Notes: generated by a model not told the origin, from the sequence alone. A DNA stretch of 64,000 nucleotides from an uncultured delta proteobacterium (GCA_963816145.1 CAWFJP010000024.1:48929-112928); one strand, 5' to 3'; positions 24,599 to 35,221 are shown, numbered from the stretch's first letter. Program-made: numbers and translations.

Positions 24599-24655
24599 GA
24601 TCGGTGAAATCCCTTAGACAAACAGCGAAACGCTTGACAGCGGGAGCGTGAATCG

Positions 24656-24964
24656 ATGGCAAAAACGAAAGCGAGAAAGACCCCGGGCAACTCCAGGAAG
24701 AAACCCATCGAGCAGTACGCCCACAAGGGCAAGCAGCGGGCGAACAATCCGCCGGTAGGATTAGTGACGCCGGCGACGGATAAGGAAAGCGGAAAGAAGA
24801 CTTACGCCTACGATCCGCATCTCGATCCGCAACTCGTTTGGGCTGGGAAAGCGGAGCGGACATCGTTCGAAGTGCCGACGGTGTCGCTGCACGTCCACGA
24901 GCGCATCGACCCGCGATTTCGTCTCCGGCAAGCTAACGAACGAGCATCCCTAGGATTCGAATAG
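24656..24964 (+). pseudogene. N-terminal stump of a Type III-like site-specific DNA methyltransferase
   Basis: NNPPVGLV...YAYDPHLDPQLVWAGKAERTSFEVPTVSLHVHERIDP; similarity ends near 24915 with no catalytic motifs. Confidence 0.75.
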
Positions 24965-25253
24965 CGCGGCTTAAATCCTGATCTTTAATTTCTGCTACCA
25001 GAGCCTGTAATTTTTTGCGAAGAGCCTGTGGTGATTGGTTTTCGTATTCGATGTCGAACATTTCATGTATATCTGACTTTAAGCTTTGAGACAGACGGAT
25101 AAAAAGATCTAAAGTTGGGTTTTCCTCTCCCCTTTCAACGCTGCTCAAATATTTTGCGTTAATTCCTGCAAGTTCCGCCAGCTTTTCTTGGGAATAACCT
25201 TTCCCTGTTCGCAACCTCTTTATTCGCAGGCCAACCAGTTTCCGTGTCTCCAT
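24933..25253 (-). CDS. XRE-family HTH regulator, RM controller (C-protein)-like
   Basis: GLRIKRLR...SQEKLAELAGI...YLSSVERGEENPTL; divergent from mod. Confidence 0.85.
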   Translation of the reverse strand: METRKLVGLRIKRLRTGKGYSQEKLAELAGINAKYLSSVERGEENPTLDLFIRLSQSLKSDIHEMFDIEYENQSPQALRKKLQALVAEIKDQDLSRAIRILGMLVR

Positions 25254-25307
25254 AATGCCTCGCTCACCGGATTATGGTCAGCGCGACTTATTTCGAGAAC
25301 CTTGTAT

Positions 25308-25338
25308 TGCATAGAAAAATATTGATTTATTCTGTGCA
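25308..25338. promoter_or_regulatory. Imperfect palindrome between the C gene and mod (candidate operator)
   Basis: TGCATAGAA-AAATATTGATTTA-TTCTGTGCA in the AT-rich divergent promoter region. Confidence 0.45.
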
Positions 25339-25433
25339 TTGCCTATATAACTCTGTCCAATGCCATGAGGTGGTTTGAATTATCTAAAGCCAATGCATGA
25401 AGCCTCATTACTTCACAGAGGACAATAAGATCG

Positions 25434-27273
25434 ATGCCGGTTTTACAGTTCAAAGGAAAGACCGCGATTGAGTGCTATCACCACACGGTTCAGCATCACA
25501 CGTTGGAATTCGACGCCAAGTTGTCTGTATTAGAAAAGGGTGAGAAACCCGGACTCGACGGGAATCTGATTATAGAAGGCGACAATCTTATCGCCTTGAA
25601 GGCGCTCCTTCCCACCCACGCCGGCCGGATCAAGTGCATCTACATTGATCCTCCGTACAATACCGGCAACGAAGGGTGGGTCTATAACGACAACCTCACG
25701 CAACCGCAGTTCAAAGAATGGATCGGCCAGACGGTCGGCAAGGAAGGCGAGGACGCCACTCGCCACGACAAGTGGTGCTGCATGATGTATCCGCGCCTTC
25801 AGCTGTTGAAGGAACTGCTTCGCGACGACGGGGCGATCTTCATCAGTATCGACGACAACGAGATTGCCAGCCTGCGGATGCTCATGGATGAGGTGTTTGG
25901 GGCGGAGAATTTCATCGTGCAGCTTGTCTGGGAAAACGGGCGGAAGAACGACGCCAAACTTTTCTCAGCAGGACACGAATACATGGTTAGTTATACACGC
26001 TCGATGGAAACACTTCGAAAGCTCAAAACCGTCTGGCGGGAACCCAAGCCCGGTGGAAAAGAGATTTGGAAAGCCTATCGCGAGCTTCGCACGAAGCACG
26101 GAGATGACGACGCTAAAGTCCAGAGAGAAACTGAGAGAATGGTATCGTGCTCTCCCTGAAAAGCATCCATCGAAGGCGCTCGCTAGATACAAAAATGTCG
26201 ACAAAAACGGGCCGTGGCGCGATCGCGACATCTCATGGCCCGGTGGTGGCGGACCGCGATATGACGTAATTCATCCCGTGACAAAGAAGCCATGCCGGGT
26301 CCCGGAGCGCGGGTGGGGATTTGCGACGAAGGAGAAAATGGACGAACAAATTCGGCTCGGACTTGTTGTTTTCCGAGACGACCACAGCGAGCCGCCTTTT
26401 CGGAAAGCACATCTTGTCCCAATTGCGGAGGAACTGGATGATGAGATTGAGCCGGACGAATCCGAGGCAGATGACGCGGATGAGGTGGACGTTGGGATGC
26501 AAGTAATGGGTTCCTGCCTTTACAAGCAGTCTCAGGTGGCAGTGAAGCATCTCAGGAATCTGATGGGAGCAAAGGTTTTCCGAACCCGAAAGATCACGAA
26601 GTCATTGCGCGCGTCGTTCGCAATTGCACCGGCCCCGACGACCTCATTCTCGACTCTTTCGCCGGCAGCGGCACGACGGGACACGCGGTGCTGGCGTTGA
26701 ACCAGGAGGATGGCGGCGACCGCAAATTCATCCTCGTTCAACTTCCATACGACACCAAGGAGCACGAGAAGGACAATTTCAACATCTGCGAGAAGATCAC
26801 GGCGGAACGGGTTCGTCGGGTCATTCAGGGCTACTACATACACCACACAGAAAGCGTAGGAAGGAAAAGGTTGAAGGGCTAGGCGGCTCGTTTACCTATG
26901 CCTGCGTCGGCAAACCGCTCTTCGGGGAATACCGCGATTGGGGTAAGCAGTTGCCCGGCTATGAGGATCTCGCCAAGTACATCTATTATACGGAGACCAG
27001 CGGAGACTTCGACCGGAAGGCGGTGAACGAGAAGAGCGGCAAGATCGGTGAACATCACGGAACCAGTTACTATCTGCTCTACACTCCCGACGGTCAGGAA
27101 GACAGGCGATTGGACATGGAATGGCTCAAGGGTCTCGACAAGATCGGAGAAGAACAAAAACCTGGTGGTCTATTGTGAGAAAATGTGGGTGCACCGTGAT
27201 GACCTGGCGAAGTTTGAGCAAGAGACCAAGCGGACGGTGAGACCGATGATCGTGCCGTTTCAACTTGAAGTAG
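25434..27273 (+). CDS. mod: Type III restriction-modification methyltransferase Mod (several frameshifts)
   Basis: IEGDNL, IYIDPPYNTG (motif IV), ISIDDNE, and ILDSFAGSGTT (motif I) at about 26645-26680: beta-class order. Confidence 0.92.
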
Positions 27274-27284
27274 GAACCCTCGCA

Positions 27285-29832
27285 ATGCAACTAAAGCCCT
27301 CCCAGGAACGCGTCATAAAGGAGGTTAAACTTTACCTAGATGCGCTGGCTACAGAGCAGGCGGCCGGGGGGCAATACGCATCCTTGGCAGCGTGGGACAA
27401 AGCAAAGAAACTGTTTCATCTGCCCGGTGACTACCGTCAACGCAAGAACAGCTTGGAGAAAGGATCTCCCCAATGTTTTGTATCAAGGTACCAACGGGTG
27501 GTGGAAAGACGCTGCTGGCAACTCAGATTCTTGGACTCATCTATCAATCGATTCTGAAGTATCGTAATGGATGTGGGCTCGTGCTGTGGGTAGTTCCCAG
27601 CGATCAGATTTATAAAGATACGCTCAAGGCGTTTCGTGACCGCAGGCATTTCTACCGTGAATCATTGGAGTTCGCATTGTCACGCCGCATCGAGGTGTGG
27701 GAAAAACACGAGATTTTCCGCCTAACGCCAGGCCAATTGCGTAGTAATTTAAACATCCTGATCCTGAAACTCGCCAGCACAAATCGTGAGACTCGGGAGC
27801 AACTCAAATTCTTTCGCGATAGCGGCGGCAACATCGTCCAGCATTTCCCGCCCGGAGAATGAACCGGAAAACCACAAGGCGCTGAAGGCGCAGATCCCGA
27901 ATCTGGACATGCTGGGGGACGATGAAAAACAAGAGGATCACTTGGGTGAAGACTTCCTCGGCAATTTGGTTCGTCTCTGCGAGCCGGCAGTCATCTTGGA
28001 CGAAGGACACAAGGCCACAAGCGAGCTCGCGCGGAAGACCATCGAAGGATTCAACGCCTCGATCGTTGTCGAGCTATCGGCCACGCCGCATAAGGAAGCC
28101 AACGTTCTTGTTCGGGTAAGCTGGCAAGGAACTTCTTGACGAACAGATGATCAAGTTGCCGATCAACATCGCCAACTCCAACCAGCCGTCTTGGAGAAAT
28201 TGCTTGACGCAGGCGCGGGAGAAGCGGGAGCACTTGGCAAAACTGGCGGAACGGCATTACAGCGCAACCGAAAAGCTCATTCGCCCGATCGTGTTAGTTC
28301 AGGTCGAACGGACCGGGAAGGACCAACGCGACGCCGGATTCGTTCACAGCGAACAAGTGAAGGAATATCTAATGCAAAGGGAGGGTGTCGCTGAATCGGC
28401 TATCGCCATCAAGACCTCGGAAAAGGACGACATAGAAGGTATCGACCTCCTTGCCGAAGGTTGCCCGGTGGAATGGATCATTACCAAGGCGGCGTTGCAG
28501 GAAGGATGGGATTGTCCATTCGCATACATCCTTGTATCGCTCAACAATACCGGCAGCCAGCAAAGCATGACCCAACTCGTAGGGCGGGTCCTTCGGCAAC
28601 CCTATGTTGAACGAACGCCGTTTGATGAGCTCAACGAGAGCTACGTGTTCTGTTTACGACGAAAGGCCGCCGATATTTCTCGTGAGGTGAAGAAGGCGCT
28701 GGAGCAAGAAGGGTATGAAGGCGACGCAGCAAGTGTTGTAGACAGGAGCACCGATGATGGAAAGTCTCTGCCAAAGCGCCAGGCTACTATTCGGGAAGAA
28801 TTTCGTCGTTACTATCGGGATTTTGAGGGCAAAATTTATCTGCCTCGTTTTTGTGTCAAGCACGGAAACAACTATGAAGTGATGGACTACTTCCGACACT
28901 TGCTTAGTCAGGTAGATGTAAAGCGGTTCGATTACGCCGGAATCGACTGGAATATGGCGACCGCGCTCGAAGCAGCCAAGGACTCTGTCTATCGTCTGAC
29001 GCTCGAACAAGACGACCTTGAGCGTGTAGCGGAACGTGAATCGGTTACTTTGGAAACGGATGAGCAGGTAAAGGGCTGGTTGGTCGCCAGCTTGCCGTTT
29101 GATTACTTCAGTCAGAAACAGTTGCGGGTAGTAGTCAGCCGGGCAGCGGAGCGTTTGTATCAGCGCACGCCGGAGCTTGCCGGCCGGTTGGGATTGGTCA
29201 AGTTCGAAGTGCGTGAAAGGATTGTAGGACTGATCGAGCGCGGAACGGACCGCCAAACCCAAGAAGCTTTCGAGGCCCTGTTCAACAACAAACGACTACG
29301 ATTTTACCTTGAATGCGTGGAGGGGCGCTTTGAGATTCCACCCAAGATTGATATTCGGGGACCGAAGAGACTGATACACGATGATAACGAGCCTATTCAG
29401 CGGTCGCTCTTTGATTATGTGGCCGACGACCTCAACGAGTATGAAAAGTCGGTTGCTCTGTATCTCGACAAACATCCTGAAGTTCTTTGGTGGTATCGGA
29501 ATCTCATCGGTCCGCAGTATTTCTCAATCCAAGGGTACAGGCGCAATAAGATATATCCTGATTTTCTCGTTCAACAGGGGCATAACAAAAAGCCGGTGGC
29601 CTCTGTGGTCGTGGTCGAGAGCAAGGGCAAGCATCTTAAAGGGAACGAAGACACGAACTATAAACGCAAGATTGCCAATTACTTCCAAAAAGTTGGGTAC
29701 AAAGTACCTTGGCAGAAACTCGCAGCAGACTTTGAGGATGAAACATTCCGTGTTCAAGTCCTGGACGAGGGAGAGTACACGGATCGTGATTGGCGCGATG
29801 ATCTGAAAAAGCTCCTTGAGTCTGCGTCCTAA
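27285..29832 (+). CDS. res: Type III restriction helicase/endonuclease Res (several frameshifts)
   Basis: PTGGGKT, ILDEGH, LSATP, LQEGWD, QLVGRVLR, C-terminal YPDF...VVESKG nuclease motif. Confidence 0.92.
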
Positions 29833-29904
29833 GAATTAGGCTCCTAACACTAGCCTAGCTAACTTGACTGTCTTGTTAGTGGCCGTGTTTAACGATCAGC
29901 GACA

Positions 29905-30293
29905 AACTGTACGAATACACAAAGCGGTCGCACATCAACTTCTGCGTCTTCGACAGTACGTGGGAGGCCTCCGACGAATTCCAAATCGATCGCAACAAAA
30001 ACGTCGAGGCCTGGGTTAAAAACGACCATCTCGGTTTTGAAGTGCTCTATGTCTTCAAAGGCGAGGTGCACAAATACCGGCCGGATTTCATTATCCGCTT
30101 AAAGACCGGCAAGTTCTTGGTGCTCGAAACCAAGGGGCAGGATACCGATCAAGACAAAACCAAGCGCGCGTTTTTGGAGATTTGGGTCAAGGCCGTGAAT
30201 GAACACGGCGGGTTCGAGCAATGGAGTTGCGCGGTAGCGCGAAAGCCTGGAGACGTGGTCGATATATTGGCCGGAACCGGTCACAAATTGTGA
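29905..30293 (+). pseudogene. C-terminal stump of a different Type III Res (BPTD_3080-like)
   Basis: Start-less frame TKRSHINFCVFDSTWEA...AWVKNDHLGFEV...YRPDFIIRL...LVLETKG...WVKAVNEHGGF. Confidence 0.8.
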
Positions 30294-30446
30294 CCAGTTA
30301 GATACCCCACCGATGCCTGGCCACGCGGGTTCGCGTTACGTTTTCAACAAATCGAAATTCGTCGATTAAATGGCGGCGCTTCCATGACGATCACCAGGCA
30401 GCCGGTGGAGACCGCGATCGCCGGGAAAACAACCAAGAGCGACGCT

Positions 30447-30782
30447 CTAGCGCGCCACCTGCGCCTTGAGTTGGTTGAGCTCTTGTTGCTGCTGTTGGAT
30501 CTGCGCTTGCTGCGCCGCCATCTGCTGCTGCAGCGATTGTTCTTGCTGCTGCCGCTCCTGCACTTGATTGCCGATCAAGGCGCCGCCGATCAGGCCGATG
30601 GCGGCGCCGATGCCGGCGCCGGCGCCGGCATGACCCGTCGCCGAGCCGATGATCGCGCCCAAACCTGCGCCGGTAAATGTGCCGATCGCCGCCCCCTTCT
30701 CCGTCGTCGAAAGCGGTTGCGAACAGCCGGCGAACACCAGAGCCAATAGGATTGCTGAAATCGTCATGAAATTTTTACCCAT
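30447..30782 (-). CDS. Glycine-zipper lipoprotein
   Basis: AAGGAG RBS, lipobox FAGC, GAAIG...GAGLGAIIG repeats, Gln-rich coiled tail. Confidence 0.85.
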   Translation of the reverse strand: MGKNFMTISAILLALVFAGCSQPLSTTEKGAAIGTFTGAGLGAIIGSATGHAGAGAGIGAAIGLIGGALIGNQVQERQQQEQSLQQQMAAQQAQIQQQQQELNQLKAQVAR

Positions 30783-30893
30783 ACGTCGCTCCTTAAATTG
30801 TTTTAATCGCTGTGCCCCCGGCCGGTTGAACGACCCTCGGCTTAAAGTCGCGGGGTTCCGATGTCGTCGACTAGATGTCGACTCTTCCTTGTC

Positions 30894-31025
30894 GTCATTC
30901 CGGCGCAGGCCGGAATCCAGGTGACGGACAGCGTCCGTCATACCGTTGAAAAACGGTATCCAGATTCTGGGGGACAGGGGATGGACCCCGGTTTTCACCG
31001 GGGTGACGTTAGCCGCCGGCATGAC
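30894..31025. repeat. REP-like pair GTCATTCCGGCGCAGGCCGGAATCCA ... TGGACCCCGGTTTTCACCGGGGTGAC
   Basis: Inverted palindromic units; same family at 37185-37270. Confidence 0.7.
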
Positions 31026-31102
31026 CAACCTTCGCTTCGCCTGAAGGCGAGGGATTTCAACCACAACCGAAAGTAACATTCGCATCCATTCAATGAGCGA
31101 GT

Positions 31103-31553
31103 TCACTTTCCGCCGGCCGCTTTGGCGCGCTGCGGATGGAGTTCTTGAACCAGCGTGATCACGGCCTCGGCAAAATATTGCTTGCCGTTGGCCCGGCAGC
31201 CCTTTTCAAGCCGCGCCTTGATATCATCCATATTCAAGGTTCCCACCACATCATAAGTGTCTGACACGTATAGATTATGCGCCGTCACGAAAACCGGCGA
31301 TCCAATGCTCGACGATTTTATCGACGATCTCGTAGAGTTCGTCTTTGGTATAACGCTCGTGGTTCTCGAGTGTCTCGAGCCGTTTCTCTCTAAACTTGAT
31401 GTAATCATCACAGCTTCGCTGGCCAACGCCATAAGCAAAATATCGGCTGTTGCTATCGAGCGCGTAAAGCTCCGAACTCGCGACAACAACGAGCAGCAAT
31501 ATGCCGGTTAACATGCGCGTTGATTTCAAGATTGTTTTTGTCATGGTCAGCAT
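31103..31553 (-). CDS. Small exported two-Cys protein (one frameshift near 31290)
   Basis: Signal peptide then GQRSCDDY...WIAGF / VTAHN...KGCRANG, joined from two ORFs. Confidence 0.65.
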
Positions 31554-31603
31554 CCCCCTAAAGCATGCAAATTTGTTTAGCAACGACTGTGTCGCAGTAT
31601 CAA

Positions 31604-31948
31604 GGGACGAGTGTCGGGTGTCGAGGGAAAGAAATACAACTCGCCGGTCGACACTTCTTCACAGGAGGCAACGGAGGAAACAGAGATTTTAAGAAAACCC
31701 TCCGTTGACTCCGTTTGCTCCTCTGTCGTACCGAGGGTCGAGGGTCGGGTGTCGAGGGAATGAAATACAACCCGCCGGTCGTCACTTCTTAACAGGAGGC
31801 AACGGAGGAAACAGAGATATTTTTAAACTCTCCGTTAACTTCGTTTGCTCCTGTTAGATAGGATTTCTCTTCACTCGACCCTCGACACTCGACACTCGTC
31901 CCTCAATCTGCCCCTCGACACCCGACACTCTAACACTCTTTCACTCGT
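31604..31948. repeat. Composite repeat block: two ~131-bp tandem units each with an ACAGGAGGCAACGGAGGAAACAGAG hairpin, plus (CTCGACA/C)n heptamers
   Basis: 31612-31687 nearly identical to 31744-31818; inverted arms CTCCGTT..CTCCGTTTGCTCCTGT. Confidence 0.85.
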
Positions 31949-33259
31949 CTACTTTTCCCCCACCTCTTCCTGCGCCAACATTCCCATCACCTCGTCGGCG
32001 TAACGGTTGTGGCGTAACAGATTGGCCATCATTTTCATCGGCCGGTCGATATGTTTGAAAAATGCTTTGTACCCCGCGCACAGATAATTGAGCCCCGGCT
32101 CGCCCTCCGGCGTGGTGATGAAACGGTTCTTGGGGCACTCGCCGTGACAGGCGAAGCGCACTTCGCACTGCCGGCAGTATTTCGGCAATGTGTCGCGCTT
32201 GTCTTGGCCGAATTTGATCTGCGCCGGCGAGGTTAAGAGCTCGATCATGTGGCTCTGTTGAATGTTGCCGAGTTTGTACGCAGGTTCGACGTAGTGGTCG
32301 CAGCTATAGAGGTCGCCGTTGTGCTCCAGGGCCAGTGCACCGCCGCAGGTCTCGGCGAAGATGCACACCGCGCCGGGCACGCCGAGCCAGTTGGCCAAAG
32401 CCGAGTCGAAATGCTGGACATAAATTTTGCCGACGTCGCGGCGCACCCATTCATCGAAGATGGCCATGAGAAATTTCCCGAACGGCTCGGCCTGCACCGA
32501 ACGGTCGGTGACCAGACTGCCTTCGATGGTGTAAAGCGGCCGGTCGCCGCCGGGACGCTCGCTCCAGCCTTGGTTGGCGATCGGCAGCATGGCGTCGCTG
32601 ACGCGCTCGACGATCGGGATGAACTGGAGATACTGGGCGCCGAGTTCATCGCGGAAAAAATGGTAGAGTTCCAGCGGATGATTCTGATTGGCGGCGTGGA
32701 CCGTGCACATAATGTTGAAATCGACGTTGTGCTTCTTGAGATTGTCCAAGCCGCGCATGACCTGGTCGAAGCTGCCTTCGCCGCCTTTGTTGACCCGGTA
32801 GGTGTCGTGGATTTCTCTCGGCCCGTCGACGCTCAAGCCGACGAGAAAGTTGTTTTTCTTGAAAAAAGCGCAAAGCTCGTCGTCGAGTTGGGTGCCGTTG
32901 GTCTGCACCGTATATTCGATCCGCTGGTGCGGCCGCTTGTACTTGTCGGCGTACTGCACCGACTTTTGAAAAAACTCCAAACCCATCAACGTCGGTTCAC
33001 CGCCCTGCCAGGCGATAGTAACCTCCGGAGTCTGGTGACTTTCGAGCAACTGCTTGATGTAGGTCTCGAGCAGCTCATCCGCCATACGGAAGCGGCTGCC
33101 GGGATAAAGCATTTCTTTGGAAAGAAAAAAACAGTACTTGCAGTCGAGATTGCAGATCGCCCCGGTAGGCTTGGACAAAATGTGAAACGCCGGCGGCGCG
33201 TTCTTGGGCAGCGTCAGCCCGCTCGGGTCGCTTGCCGGCGAATTATTGGGATTGTTCAT
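31949..33259 (-). CDS. Anaerobic sulfatase maturase (radical SAM/SPASM)
   Basis: CNLDCKYC, WQGGEP, YSCDHYV, CRQCEVRFACHGECPK. Confidence 0.95.
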   Translation of the reverse strand: MNNPNNSPASDPSGLTLPKNAPPAFHILSKPTGAICNLDCKYCFFLSKEMLYPGSRFRMADELLETYIKQLLESHQTPEVTIAWQGGEPTLMGLEFFQKSVQYADKYKRPHQRIEYTVQTNGTQLDDELCAFFKKNNFLVGLSVDGPREIHDTYRVNKGGEGSFDQVMRGLDNLKKHNVDFNIMCTVHAANQNHPLELYHFFRDELGAQYLQFIPIVERVSDAMLPIANQGWSERPGGDRPLYTIEGSLVTDRSVQAEPFGKFLMAIFDEWVRRDVGKIYVQHFDSALANWLGVPGAVCIFAETCGGALALEHNGDLYSCDHYVEPAYKLGNIQQSHMIELLTSPAQIKFGQDKRDTLPKYCRQCEVRFACHGECPKNRFITTPEGEPGLNYLCAGYKAFFKHIDRPMKMMANLLRHNRYADEVMGMLAQEEVGEK

Positions 33260-33302
33260 TGTGATGGCCTATGGTCTGTGACATCAGTTGCCGATCTTTC
33301 GA

Positions 33303-33729
33303 TTTAACAGGAGCAAACCTGGAGGGATTTTACACAGGAGGTAACGAAGGTAACAGAGATTGATATTGCTAAGAATAACTCCTTTCCCTCTGTTTGCTCC
33401 TGTTCAAATCTCGATCTTCGTTATCTCCGTTGCCTCCTGTGATAAATTTCTTTTCCTCGTCTCCGGCTTGATTCCGTCATCACCGGTTCGCTCCCGGCAG
33501 AAACAGCCGCGGTCTTCCTATTTAACAGGAGCAAACCTAGAGGGATTTTACACAGGAGGCAACGGAGGTAACGGAGATTGATATTGCTAAGAATAACTCC
33601 GTTCCCTCTGTTTGCTCCTGTTCAAATCTCCGATCTTCGTTACTTCGTTTCCTCCTGTTAGAAATTTCTTCTTTCCCTCTTCTCCTGCTTGATTCGTCAT
33701 CACCGGTTCGCTCCCGGCAAAAACAGCCG
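33303..33729. repeat. Tandem duplication (~210 bp x2) of a composite hairpin plus the last codons of the GxxExxY gene
   Basis: 33303-33509 vs 33521-33729 align end to end with few differences. Confidence 0.9.
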
Positions 33730-34101
33730 ATGAACGCCGTTCGTCAATTTCATTTCGTGAAAGTTTATCAGCAATCCAACCGGCACATTGAGAAGCTTCA
33801 TGTAACTCAATAATTGCGCTTTGTGGATCGGCAGAATCTTTTCGACAGCCTTTGCTTCGACCAAAACGCAGCCGTCCACGAGCAGATCAAAACGTAACAG
33901 ATCCTCCCGCGTGAAACCCTTGTACTCGATCGACACACCCCGCTGACTCACAAAAGGCAGACCCCGCAATTCGAGCTCTTTCGTCAGGCACCACTCGTAG
34001 ATAGACTCCATCAAACCCGGACCTTTGTCGCGATGCACTTCGATGGCCGCGCCAATGATAACCTCGGTCAGGCCGTATGCTTTTTCGTACAGGAAATGCA
34101 T
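33700..34101 (-). CDS. GxxExxY protein (PD-(D/E)XK nuclease superfamily)
   Basis: GPGLMESIY, FDLLV...VEAK, AQLLSYMK, GLLINF; likely start at ATG 34101 (ORF track extends into the repeat). Confidence 0.93.
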   Translation of the reverse strand: MHFLYEKAYGLTEVIIGAAIEVHRDKGPGLMESIYEWCLTKELELRGLPFVSQRGVSIEYKGFTREDLLRFDLLVDGCVLVEAKAVEKILPIHKAQLLSYMKLLNVPVGLLINFHEMKLTNGVHRLFLPGANR

Positions 34102-34109
34102 CACTGATC

Positions 34110-34196
34110 TAACAGGAGGTAACGGAGGAAACGGAGCTTCCCCAAAAAACCATCCCATCTCTGTTACCTCCGTTAACTCCGTTTGCTCCTGTTCAA
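34110..34196. repeat. ACAGGAGG-family hairpin directly upstream of GxxExxY
   Basis: AACAGGAGGTAACGGAGGAAACGGAG ... CTCTGTTACCTCCGTTAACTCCGTTTGCTCCTGTT. Confidence 0.85.
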
Positions 34197-34231
34197 ATGA
34201 ATTCCCTCTTCACTCCACACCCGACACTTTT

Positions 34232-35200
34232 CTACTTCTTCCGCACGATGCAGCGAATGCCGATATGACTCATGCCGGTGTCGATCATCTGCGGTTGGCG
34301 CGCCGCCGGGCGATAACGCAAGCAATAGTTGGGCGCGCATAAGTGCGAACCGCCTTTGACGACTTTGCGCGGAATACGAAATTGCGGTTGTGCCGGATCG
34401 TAGCTTTTATCCGGCGATTCGATGCGCGGATTGACCGCCGGGCCGCAGCAGGGTTTGACGACTTCGTCGGCGCGCCGCGGCACGAACCAGTCGCAGGTCC
34501 ATTCCCACACGTTGCCGGCCATGTCATAAAGCCCATAACCGTTAGCCGGAAAGCTTCCGACCGGAGAAGTTCCCTCGTAGCCGTCGAGTAATTTGTTCTG
34601 CCAAGGAAATTCTCCCTGCCAACTATTGGCCATCGCCTTGCCGCCGGGAAAATCCTCATCGCCCCAGGTGAACTTCTTGCCGTCAAGGCCGCCGCGCGCG
34701 GCAAATTCCCACTCCGCTTCAGTCGGCAGGTTTTTGCCGGCCCAGCCGGCATAGGCCTCGGCGTCTTCGTAGGCGACGTGAACCACCGGGTGTTGCTCGA
34801 TACCGTCAAGTGAAGAGCCTGGCCCGAACGGGTGGCGCCAGCTCGTGCCCGGCGCCCAGACCCACCAGTTGGCGTAGTTTTTTAAATCGACCGCGCCGGC
34901 GGTTTTGTGAAACAACATCGAGCCCGGCACCAAATTCTCCACCGGCGCGCCGGGAAAGTCCGCGGCATTGAGCGGGCGCTCGGCAAGCGTGACGTAACCG
35001 GTCGCGGCGACAAAGCGCGCAAACTGCTCGTTGGTCACCGTGTAGCGGTCGATCCAGAAACCGTCGACACTGACCTCGTGTACCGGACGTTCTTCCGGGT
35101 AGAAATCTTCCGACCCCATGCGAAAAGTCCCGCCCGGAATCCAGACCATGTTGGGATGCGGCGCAGCATCAGGTTGGCTGACTGACGTTATTGTGTTCAT
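34232..35200 (-). CDS. Formylglycine-generating enzyme (sulfatase-modifying factor)
   Basis: LPTEAEWEFAARGG, GLYDMAGNVWEW, KGGSHLCAPNYCLRYRPAAR with both catalytic Cys. Confidence 0.95.
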   Translation of the reverse strand: MNTITSVSQPDAAPHPNMVWIPGGTFRMGSEDFYPEERPVHEVSVDGFWIDRYTVTNEQFARFVAATGYVTLAERPLNAADFPGAPVENLVPGSMLFHKTAGAVDLKNYANWWVWAPGTSWRHPFGPGSSLDGIEQHPVVHVAYEDAEAYAGWAGKNLPTEAEWEFAARGGLDGKKFTWGDEDFPGGKAMANSWQGEFPWQNKLLDGYEGTSPVGSFPANGYGLYDMAGNVWEWTCDWFVPRRADEVVKPCCGPAVNPRIESPDKSYDPAQPQFRIPRKVVKGGSHLCAPNYCLRYRPAARQPQMIDTGMSHIGIRCIVRKK

Positions 35201-35221
35201 GGACCACCTCTTAAAATCAAA

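Noticed and set aside
25434-27273. Phase-variable mod (phasevarion)
   Set aside because: No simple-sequence repeat tract seen; res has similar indels.
24600-30400. Prophage or integrative element carrying the RM genes
   Set aside because: No integrase, tRNA, att-like direct repeats or phage genes visible.
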